Source: a virus. Taken from it: a DNA stretch of 64,000 nucleotides. The notes under the pieces were generated by a model. That model had not been told where the DNA came from. It saw only the letters and a program-made list of their open reading frames with translations, and ran no database searches. The position numbers were made by a program, and so were the translations under genes. This document shows, piece after piece, positions 9,094 to 16,895 of this stretch. The stretch is from positions 7,797-71,796 of IMG/VR virus record IMGVR_UViG_3300031229_000002; one strand, 5' to 3'. The stretch's first letter is position 1. Each line of letters starts with the position of its first letter.

Positions 9094-9767
9094 CCGGCAT
9101 CTACCGGGCTGCGGTCATCCCGACGCGGAACCGGCACGACCTGCTGACCGAGTGCGTCGGCTCCGTCGTGGACCAGGTCGACACCGTGTTCGTGATCGAC
9201 AACCAGTCCGATCCGCCGATCGACGTCGCCCAGTGGTACGGCAAGGTCCGTGCCGTACGGGCCCCGCTGGACCCGCCGAACATCAGCGCCTTGTGGAACA
9301 TCGGTCTCGCCCTCGTCGATTCGGCCGCCGCACGACACGGCGCAGACGCATGGGACATCGCCGTCCTCAACTCGGACGTGACCGTGCCGCCTGGCTGGAT
9401 CGACGGCCTGTCGAAGGCGATGCGCTCCGGGCCGGCGGTGCTCGCCTACCCCGACCAGCACGGCGGCCGGCGGCAGATCCTCCACACGAAGGCTGAGCCG
9501 GTGGACCTGCGGACGCGGATCACGGGCTACGCCTACATGCTGCGCGGCGAGGCGGGGCTGCGCATCGACGAGTCGATGGCCTGGTGGTTTTCGGACGATT
9601 CGGTGGATTGGGAGGCGCGGGAGAAGGGCGGGGCGCTCCTCGTCCCCGGCCTGGCGGTTGAGCACCGCTGCCCCAACGGGTCCATGTACGAACGGCCGGA
9701 GCTTCAGACCCAGGCAGGTCGAGACCGCGAGACCTTCAAGGCGAAGTGGGGGCGGACCCCATGGTGA
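9090..9767 (+). CDS. GT-A fold (GT2-like) glycosyltransferase
   Basis: VIPTRNR...VIDNQS...VLNSDV...WWFSDD. Confidence 0.8.
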   Translation: MTGIYRAAVIPTRNRHDLLTECVGSVVDQVDTVFVIDNQSDPPIDVAQWYGKVRAVRAPLDPPNISALWNIGLALVDSAAARHGADAWDIAVLNSDVTVPPGWIDGLSKAMRSGPAVLAYPDQHGGRRQILHTKAEPVDLRTRITGYAYMLRGEAGLRIDESMAWWFSDDSVDWEAREKGGALLVPGLAVEHRCPNGSMYERPELQTQAGRDRETFKAKWGRTPW

Positions 9768-9780
9768 ACAGGAGCACACG

Positions 9781-10596
9781 TTGAAGATCGCAGTAACAGG
9801 TGGTGCCGGTTTCTTCGGCCGCGCCACCATCGAAGCCGCCGAGGCCGCGGGGCATGAGGTGTGGGCGTTCGACCGTACGCAGGGCCTCGACGTCCTCGGC
9901 AGCCTGAGTGCGCTCGAGGGTGCGGACGCGGTGATTCACCTCGCCGGGGTCCTCGGCACTAGCGAGTTGTTCGACATGGCGGAGACCGCCATCCACGTCA
10001 ACGTCATCGGCACACTCCGGATGCTGGAGTGGTGCCGCGACCACGACGCCCGCTACGTCGGCGTGTCGATGCCGGACCCGTTCCCCAGCGTGTACACCGC
10101 GACTAAGGTCGCCGCCCGCAGGCTGACCACCGCCTGGCACCACGCCTACGGGCTGCCGGTGTCGACGGTCCGGGCGTTCAACGGGTACGGCCCCTACCAG
10201 CACTACGGGCCGGGCCATCCGCAGAAGATTCTCCCCACCTTCGCCCGCGCCGCGTGGGAGAACCGGCCGCTGCCCATCTGGGGCGACGGTGAGCAGGCCA
10301 TGGACCTCGTCCACGCCGACGACGTCGGGCGGATGCTCGTCGAAGCCACCGGATACGGGGATGACGAGACGTTCGACGCTGGAACCGGCGTGGCGGTCAC
10401 GGTGAACGAGCTCGCGGAGTTCGTGCTGAAGGAGACCGGGTCGAAGGCGGGCATCGAGTACCTGCCGATGCGTGCGGGTGAGGTGCCGGTGCAGATCACC
10501 GCGACGGGTGAGGGCTGGGACCGGTTGGACTGGAAGCCGGAACTCGATTGGGACCGGATTGCCGAGACTGTGAGGTGGTACCGCGATGGCCGCTGA
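9781..10596 (+). CDS. NAD-dependent epimerase/dehydratase
   Basis: TGGAGFFG, VIHLAG, YTATK, RAFNGYGP, IWGDGEQ. Confidence 0.85.
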   Translation: MKIAVTGGAGFFGRATIEAAEAAGHEVWAFDRTQGLDVLGSLSALEGADAVIHLAGVLGTSELFDMAETAIHVNVIGTLRMLEWCRDHDARYVGVSMPDPFPSVYTATKVAARRLTTAWHHAYGLPVSTVRAFNGYGPYQHYGPGHPQKILPTFARAAWENRPLPIWGDGEQAMDLVHADDVGRMLVEATGYGDDETFDAGTGVAVTVNELAEFVLKETGSKAGIEYLPMRAGEVPVQITATGEGWDRLDWKPELDWDRIAETVRWYRDGR

Positions 10597-11245
10597 TATC
10601 GCGATCGTGACCGCGTGCTACGACGCCTACGACACGATCAAGCCCGTCATGCCGCAGGACGGCGTCGAGGTGGAGTGGATCCTCGTCACCGACACGCCGC
10701 CAGATGCGGATGCCGCGCAGGGCTGGACGGTCGTGCATGAGCCGCGCCCGGATGTGCCGCCAGTGCGTGCGGCGAAGCGGCCGAAGTTCGAGCCGTGGCG
10801 GTACACCGACGCAGGCGCCTCGATCTGGGTGGACGCGTCGTTCCGTGTCACGTCGCCGGACTTCGCTGCGAGCTTGCTGGAGTTGGCGACGCCGATCGCG
10901 CAGTTCGTGCACCCGTGGCGGGACTGCCTCTACTTGGAGGCCGTGGAGGTGGCCGCGCTCGGCAAGGACCCCGATGGTGCGGCGGCGTGGCAGACCAAGC
11001 GGTACCGGGACGCCGGACATCCGGAGCACTGGGGGCTATGGGCGTCGGGTGTGATCGCGCGGAAGCACACGGCCGCGGTGAAGCGGACGGGTGCGGCGTG
11101 GGCGCGGGAGGTCGAGGCGGGTTCGGCGCGGGATCAGGTGTCGCAGCCGTACGTGCTGCGTCAGGCGAAGTTGAAGCCGGTGGCGTTGCCGGGCACGCAT
11201 TTGGCGAACGCGTGGCTGAAGTACGAGGGAAGCGGCAGACACTGA
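10586..11245 (+). CDS. DUF616 (TOD1/MUCI70-like) glycosyltransferase-like protein
   Basis: SIWVDAS, HPWRDCLYLEA, RDQVSQPYV. Confidence 0.7.
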   Translation: MAADIAIVTACYDAYDTIKPVMPQDGVEVEWILVTDTPPDADAAQGWTVVHEPRPDVPPVRAAKRPKFEPWRYTDAGASIWVDASFRVTSPDFAASLLELATPIAQFVHPWRDCLYLEAVEVAALGKDPDGAAAWQTKRYRDAGHPEHWGLWASGVIARKHTAAVKRTGAAWAREVEAGSARDQVSQPYVLRQAKLKPVALPGTHLANAWLKYEGSGRH

Positions 11246-11685
11246 TGGCGAGTATCGAGATCGGCGGCGGGAAACTCGCCCAACGCGGCTGGATCAACCT
11301 CGATCCGACGCACGGCACCGGCCCATGGCGGCGCCTCGCACAAGACACGCCCTGGCCCACCGGCGACCACACCATCGAGGGCATACGCGCCTCCCACGTC
11401 ATGGAACACATCCCCGCCGGAGACCCGCGGATCGCGGTGATGAACGAAGCCCACCGTGTCCTCCACCCCGGCGGCGTGTTCGAGATCCGCGTGCCCAACG
11501 CGCTCAGCGGGACGTGGCACGCGTTCGCCGACCCCACCCACGTGAGCTTCTGGTGCGTGGAGTCGTTCCACTACCTCGACGGGACGAAGGCCGCGCACGC
11601 CGACTACGGCCTGCGCCCGTGGAAGACGAGGGAGCTGCGCATCCAGGGCGACAATGAGATCTTGTGGATAGGAAGCCCGCGGTGA
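11245..11685 (+). CDS. Class I SAM-dependent methyltransferase
   Basis: IEIGGG...GWINLD, ASHVMEH, EAHRVLHPGG...VP, DPTH. Confidence 0.8.
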   Translation: MASIEIGGGKLAQRGWINLDPTHGTGPWRRLAQDTPWPTGDHTIEGIRASHVMEHIPAGDPRIAVMNEAHRVLHPGGVFEIRVPNALSGTWHAFADPTHVSFWCVESFHYLDGTKAAHADYGLRPWKTRELRIQGDNEILWIGSPR

Positions 11686-11891
11686 GCGACGACTGCATTC
11701 ACGACGTGCGGCTGTGCCCAACCTGCGGAGGACTCCAGGCCCAGCGCATGGAACGGCTGGAAGGAGAGGCCACAGCGAACGTCGTGATCACCCCCGAGGA
11801 CGGAGAGCCATTCAACTTTGCCGCGCCCCTGGAGCTTTATGTTGGCCCCGCGTTCGAGCCGTGTCCGGAGGGCAAGGAGAAGACCGAGTGA
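11682..11891 (+). CDS. Hypothetical protein
   Basis: GTGA overlaps on both sides; CxH...CPTC. Confidence 0.45.
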   Translation: MSDDCIHDVRLCPTCGGLQAQRMERLEGEATANVVITPEDGEPFNFAAPLELYVGPAFEPCPEGKEKTE

Positions 11892-12451
11892 AGCCGGTCG
11901 TGACGGTGGTCGTCCCGTACCATGCGGCCCGCAAGCGGAACGGCATGCTGCAACGCGCCATCAACTCCGTCAACGCGCAGACCATCCCCCACCTGCTGAT
12001 CACCGTCGAAGACACCCTCGGACAAGGCGCCGCCAAGACTCGGCAACGCGGCCTCGACCAAGTCACCACCGAATGGGCCGCGTTCCTCGACTCCGACGAC
12101 GAGATGGACCCCACCCACCTGCAACAACTCCTCGCCTACGCCGAACAGACCGGCGCCGACTACGTGTACCCGTGGTTCCGCGTGGTCGGGGGGCGCGACC
12201 CGTTCCCCATGTTCTTCGGCAAGCTATGGGACGACGCCCACCCACACTCGACCACCATCACCATCCTCGTACGCACCACCCTCGCGCAGCAGGTCGGATT
12301 CACTGGCGAAGGCGAAGACTTCCGCTTCACCAAAGGCTGCATCGCCGCTGGCGCGAAGATCGTGCACTATCCGGCGAAGACGTGGACGTGGCACCACGGG
12401 CCGCACAACTCCAGCGGCCGACCGAACCGCGGCGACGCCCGCCGCCGCTGA
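11888..12451 (+). CDS. GT2-family glycosyltransferase
   Basis: VTVVVP...LQRAINSVNAQT...WAAFLDSDD, GED. Confidence 0.8.
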   Translation: MKPVVTVVVPYHAARKRNGMLQRAINSVNAQTIPHLLITVEDTLGQGAAKTRQRGLDQVTTEWAAFLDSDDEMDPTHLQQLLAYAEQTGADYVYPWFRVVGGRDPFPMFFGKLWDDAHPHSTTITILVRTTLAQQVGFTGEGEDFRFTKGCIAAGAKIVHYPAKTWTWHHGPHNSSGRPNRGDARRR

Positions 12452-12596
12452 GTGGCGCCCCTGTGCGCTTCTTCCCGGGGGCGCCGACGGGTCAATGACG
12501 GGACACAAGCAACCCCTGGCGCACGGCCAGCGTACGAGGCAACGACCGGACCCCGTTCCGGACAGCACACGCCCGAACAGCAGCCACAATCCCCAC

Positions 12597-13961
12597 ATGA
12601 CCACCGAGGACCGGGCACAGATCGCGCAGCGCGCAGCCGCGCTCCTCGGCGCCCACCTCAAACCCCGCTGGCAGCCGCAACCCCACCAGAAGCCGCCCCC
12701 GGGCGAGTGGACGGGATGGCTCCTCATGGCCGGCCGAGGCGCCGGGAAATCGAAAGCCTGCGCCGAGTACGTCCGCCAGCACGTGGCAGGAAAGGCGTGC
12801 TTGCCAGGACCGGTGCCCCACTGGATCGCCATCATCGCCCCCACCCTCGGCGACGGCGTCACCTCCATGTACGAAGGCCCCGGCGGCATCCGCAACGCCG
12901 ACCCCGGCGCACGCCTCGTCCAAGCCCCCGGCGGCATGGTCATCCGCTGGCCCAACGGCAGCCAAGCCAAACTCTTCGGCAGCCACAGCCCCGAAGACGT
13001 CGAACGCCTCCGCGCCGGCGGCAACTCGTGCCTCGCTGTCCTCGAAGAGTTCGCCGCGTGGCGGTACATGGAACAGGCCTACGACCAACTCCGCTTCGGC
13101 CTCCGCTCGGGCCCGCGCCCGCACTGGATCGCGGCGACCACACCGAAGCCCCGGCCGCTCCTGAAGCGCATGCTCGCAGGCGAGATCGCCGGGGTCGTCC
13201 ACACGCACGCCACGATGTACGACAACCCGCACCTCGAACAGTCCGTCAAGGACGCCCTGGAGGACACGTACGCGGGTACCGACATCGGCGCGCAGGAACT
13301 CCAGGGGCGCCTGATCGACGAGGTCGCGGACGCACTGTGGACACGGGCGACGCTGGAGGAAACCCGGGTGCGGCCGGACGAGGTGCCGGAGCTGAAGCGA
13401 ATCTCCGTTGGCGTCGACCCGTCCGGCGGGGCCGGGGAACAGGGCATCGTCGTGGTCGGCAAGTCGGGGCTCGTACTCCCGGGGGATGGCGGCCGGCCTC
13501 AGCATCACGGGTACGTCCTCGACGACCGGTCGTGCCGCCTGTCACCGGACCAGTGGGGGCGGCGTGCGGTGCAGGCCGCGATCGACTGGGAGGCCGACGA
13601 GTTGACCTGTGAGGTCAACTACGGCGGGGCCATGTGTGTGGCCACGCTGCGCACGGCGGCCGAGGCGCTCGGCGTGGACATCCCGATCCGGACGGTCACC
13701 GCGACCCGGGGCAAGGTGGTGCGCGCGCAGCCAGTCGCCGCGCTGAGTTCTCAGGGGCGTTGGCATATGGCGGGGGTGTTCGAGGAGTTGGAAGACCAGC
13801 TCGCCACCTGGTATCCGGAGTTGGGCTGGTCGCCGGACCGGTTGGACGCGATGGTGTGGCCGGCCTGGCAGTTGAAGCTGGTTGGTACGGCGTCGCGTGG
13901 TCAGGGTTCGTTGGGTGGGGAGTTGGCCAGAAAGCAGATCGTTGGCGGGCGCGTACGGTGA
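12597..13961 (+). CDS. terL: Terminase large subunit
   Basis: AGRGAGKS Walker A, VLEE Walker B, TTP, GVDPS, EVNYGG, SPDRLDA; leaderless ATG 12597 after promoter motif (12558-12590). Confidence 0.92.
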   Translation: MTTEDRAQIAQRAAALLGAHLKPRWQPQPHQKPPPGEWTGWLLMAGRGAGKSKACAEYVRQHVAGKACLPGPVPHWIAIIAPTLGDGVTSMYEGPGGIRNADPGARLVQAPGGMVIRWPNGSQAKLFGSHSPEDVERLRAGGNSCLAVLEEFAAWRYMEQAYDQLRFGLRSGPRPHWIAATTPKPRPLLKRMLAGEIAGVVHTHATMYDNPHLEQSVKDALEDTYAGTDIGAQELQGRLIDEVADALWTRATLEETRVRPDEVPELKRISVGVDPSGGAGEQGIVVVGKSGLVLPGDGGRPQHHGYVLDDRSCRLSPDQWGRRAVQAAIDWEADELTCEVNYGGAMCVATLRTAAEALGVDIPIRTVTATRGKVVRAQPVAALSSQGRWHMAGVFEELEDQLATWYPELGWSPDRLDAMVWPAWQLKLVGTASRGQGSLGGELARKQIVGGRVR

Positions 13962-14389
13962 CCGCCATGGACCTGGGGCTGCTGCTCGTTGTGATGTCGC
14001 TGGCGACCTACCGCCTTACGCGGCTCGTCGTGGCGGACACTTTTCCGCCGGTGGTGTGGTTGCGTGACCGGCTCGCCGGGGGCTGGCGGGATCTGACGGC
14101 GGAGGAGCAGCATCTCCTCTTCGGCGGCGCCCTCCCCGGTGACAAGGCGGTGGAGCTGCGCAAGGCATGGTCCGTGAACCCGGAGGGGGAGCAGCGCTAC
14201 CTGTACCGGTGGAAGCGGTCGCCGTTCTGGCTTGCCGAGTTGCTGTCGTGCCCGTGGTGTGCGAGCGGTTGGGTCGCGCTCGGGGTGACGGGTGGGGTGT
14301 GGGCGGCGGTTGGCCTGCCGGTGCCGCTGCTGGTGTGGCTGGCGACGTGGGCGCTCGGTGCGTTGCTGGCGGCGCAGGAATGGGCGTGA
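13958..14389 (+). CDS. DUF1360-like membrane protein
   Basis: LATYRLTRLVVADT...ELLSCPWCASGWV. Confidence 0.7.
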   Translation: MTAMDLGLLLVVMSLATYRLTRLVVADTFPPVVWLRDRLAGGWRDLTAEEQHLLFGGALPGDKAVELRKAWSVNPEGEQRYLYRWKRSPFWLAELLSCPWCASGWVALGVTGGVWAAVGLPVPLLVWLATWALGALLAAQEWA

Positions 14390-14448
14390 CGTTTCCTGTG
14401 GGATGGTGACGACGAGGGCCGGTTCCCCCCGGGCTCTTGTGGTGGGGT

Positions 14449-14489
14449 GGGGAGCCGTCTGCGTACGGGCGTTCCGCAGGCGGCTCCCC
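14449..14489. terminator. Strong hairpin between convergent genes
   Basis: GGGGAGCCGTCTGCG...CGCAGGCGGCTCCCC, 15-bp stem. Confidence 0.7.
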
Positions 14490-14499
14490 TGGCGTTTGG

Positions 14500-15174
14500 T
14501 CAGTCCGTCTGCGGCTCCCAACGGGTGACCTCGTACCGGCCGAAGCCCTGCGAGCGGGATGCGCCGATGCCCTGCTGTTCGCCGGTGAGCCAGAGCATGG
14601 CCCATTCCTGGTCGGTGAACTTGTGGTCGGCGATGATCGTGAAGTCGAACGACGTCTTGTCGATGATCTCGGTGTACTGGATGCCGGTCTGACCGGTGCG
14701 CGGGTTCTTGGGGAACGACTGGAGGATCCGGGAGGGCTCGGTGACGTCGAGCTGGAGGACATCCTCGACGACCATGATGTGTTCGGCGACGAACCCGAGG
14801 ACGCCCTTGTTGGTGGCACCCCACTTCATCTTCAGCTTTTCGGCTGCTCGCGCGACTCCGGCGGCTTCCTTGATCGCGGCCTTGAGCTGTCGGCCTTCGA
14901 TGTAGAGGCCGTGTTCGTTGCGCTTGAAGCCGTTGAGGTGCTTCAGCTTGTCGACCTGCTCGGCGGCTTCGTCTGCGGTGATGCCGCGTTCGACCATGGT
15001 CTGCGCGACGAGGTCCCGGATCAGGTCGTCCTTGTCGGCGAGTTTGGTTCCGAGCCAGCCTTTGGCGACGTTGGGGTCTGAGGGGACGCCTCCGGCGAGG
15101 TTGTGGGCGGTGATGGTGGCGTTGTAGCGGTGGGGCCATGCGGTGGTGGTGTAGGTGGCGAAGGCGCTGGTCAT
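14500..15174 (-). CDS. Orphan RAMP-superfamily (Cas7/Csm3-like) RNA-binding protein
   Basis: N-terminal strand YNATITAHNLAGG; GLYIEGRQLKAAIKEA (cf. RAMP PxIPGSSLKGxxR); QYTEI; C-terminal Gly-rich loop GIGASRSQGFGRYEV; AGGAG RBS. Confidence 0.8.
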   Translation of the reverse strand: MTSAFATYTTTAWPHRYNATITAHNLAGGVPSDPNVAKGWLGTKLADKDDLIRDLVAQTMVERGITADEAAEQVDKLKHLNGFKRNEHGLYIEGRQLKAAIKEAAGVARAAEKLKMKWGATNKGVLGFVAEHIMVVEDVLQLDVTEPSRILQSFPKNPRTGQTGIQYTEIIDKTSFDFTIIADHKFTDQEWAMLWLTGEQQGIGASRSQGFGRYEVTRWEPQTD

Positions 15175-15199
15175 GGGGTTCTCCTGGTGGTGGTGGCTA

Positions 15200-16125
15200 G
15201 TCGGTGAGGCGGGGGCCGTTCCGGGGATGGCTGGGCTTGTCGCTGCGGGTAGGGCGGAACAGTGGCGCGGGGAGGTGGGTGGGGCCGGTTAGTCGTCGGG
15301 GTCGGGGCGTGCGGGCGGTGGCGACTGGGGTCGTCGGCAGGTGTAGGTGCGGGGTGTGATGTGGCGGGCGGTCTCGGGGCGCGGCGGGTAGTCGGTATGG
15401 GCCGGGGGGACCGGGTGAGGCACGAACTGGGTTGTCGGTGCGGGCGGGGATGTGCGGTGTGGGCTCGACTTGGAAGGTCGGTTCGGGTTGGGAGGGGCTC
15501 GGGTCGGTGTGGCGAGTCGGTACGGGCTGGCGCGGTTGGGCTGTGGTGAGCCGGTCCTGGGCTGGGCTGTCGACGTGGGTCGGGGTGCGCGGCGTGGGTG
15601 GGGTACGTCGGCGGGGGCTGGGAGGGTACGTACGGTGCCGTGACGCGATGGCTGGGGACGAATAGTCGGATAGTGGCGGGCAGAACGGAGTCGCGTCGGG
15701 TCGTGGTGAGAAGTCGGCAGGCAAGGGCGGGGAAGGGCTGAAGAGGGGAGTCGGCGGGAGGTGGGCGGAGAAGCGAGGAACGGGCCAGAGACGGGCCGGG
15801 TAGTCGGCATGGATCGGAAGGGAGGGCATTGCGTGGGACGGGAAGTCGGCTGGGCTCGGGTGGCGAAGGCATGCGAAGTCGGTGGGGAGCGGCAAGAAAT
15901 GCGGCGTATGGGGTGGGGCAGTCGCCGAGGTGTGAAGCGGATTGCTGGGCACTGGGAAGTCGGCGCGGCTTGTGGCGTATTGGGATGCGCCGGGAGGTCG
16001 ACGAGGGAAGGGTGGCGATGGAACGAGACGGGTGGGGATGTCGGAGCGGGATGACCGGAGGAGGGAAGCTATGACGGGGGGAGTCGTCTCGGTGTGGGGC
16101 GCGGTGCATCGGCCAGAACACGAAC
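15200..16125. repeat. Pentamer-phased array of 20 complete units (GTC anchor + n x GNNNN on + strand); putative guide-like ncRNA array, transcribed strand unknown
   Basis: 21 GTCG anchors; spacings 39,53,41,58,43,43,39,53,38,58,48,37,53,42,33,43,38,38,43,43 (15/20 exactly 5n+3); fixed G every 5 nt. Confidence 0.88.
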
Positions 16126-16129
16126 CCGC

Positions 16130-16678
16130 TCACGCAGCAGCAGCCACCGGAGCCTGAGACTTCCCCGTCACCGAGCGGTACATCGTCAGGTACTGCTCCT
16201 CCGTGAACACGTCGCCCACCACCCGGTCACCGAGCTTCTTCGCGACCGCCCGATGAAACGATGCCTCCAACTTCGCCTGCCGCGCCGTCTCGTCATACCG
16301 ACCAGCCACGAACCGGCAATCCTCCGCCGTCATCCGCGCCACCGTCCGCCGCGTGTTCTCCTCGTCCACCACATACTCCGCAGCGAACGGACTCAGCACC
16401 GCAACATCCCCCGAGTCCGCGAACGACCGAGCCGCCTCCGCGAATGCCCGACGCGGCGCCGACACGCGTGCCGCCTGCCGACGACTGTTCGACCGCCGAG
16501 CCACCGCATCCGCCAAGAAGACGGCCGCCTTCACCTCCAACCAGCCCGACAGCAGGTCCGGGTCCTCGGCGCGCAGCTTCTCCACCAGATCGGCGGCGAC
16601 GAGCGGCGCCGTGTAATCCCCCTCCGGGATGGCGTCCTCGATCGCGGCGTTCATGTCGGCGATGTAGTCCCGGCTCAT
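16130..16678 (-). CDS. Hypothetical helical protein, first gene of the RAMP/array cassette
   Basis: GAAGGGAAG RBS before ATG 16678; stop codon abuts the array. Confidence 0.75.
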   Translation of the reverse strand: MSRDYIADMNAAIEDAIPEGDYTAPLVAADLVEKLRAEDPDLLSGWLEVKAAVFLADAVARRSNSRRQAARVSAPRRAFAEAARSFADSGDVAVLSPFAAEYVVDEENTRRTVARMTAEDCRFVAGRYDETARQAKLEASFHRAVAKKLGDRVVGDVFTEEQYLTMYRSVTGKSQAPVAAAA

Positions 16679-16739
16679 CAGCAACTTCCCTTCACCGTGG
16701 CAGGCGTGACGAGTTGAGCGCCTTCAGTTCAAAGCGGCG

Positions 16740-16858
16740 GCGCGAAATCAGAATGCATTAACCGCACCGATTTGGCAAAAAGCAATTAGGTTTACCGGCC
16801 CACCTAATTCAATTCCGAATTCGCCCCGGAATGATCTTTACGAGCCCGCGCCTACCGT
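16740..16858. promoter_or_regulatory. AT-rich divergent control region: inverted repeat AATTAGGT-N10-ACCTAATT (16784-16809) and late-promoter-like motif (16826-16858)
   Basis: Markedly AT-rich; perfect 8-bp inverted repeat; CCGGAATGATC...TACCGT. Confidence 0.65.
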
Positions 16859-16895
16859 GCCCCGCGACAGCCAACCGCCCTAAGTGGAGGCACTC

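Noticed and set aside
15200-16125. Canonical CRISPR array, simple satellite or G-quadruplex tract
   Set aside because: There is no 23-47-bp identical repeat (the anchor is 4-5 bp) and units are not copies of each other. G4 potential would not explain the 5n+3 lengths.
15171-16133. 320-aa and 251-aa Pro/Arg-rich minus-strand ORFs across the array
   Set aside because: By-products of the C-rich strand; the sequence has 5-nt rather than 3-nt periodicity, and indels break any frame logic. Treated as non-coding.
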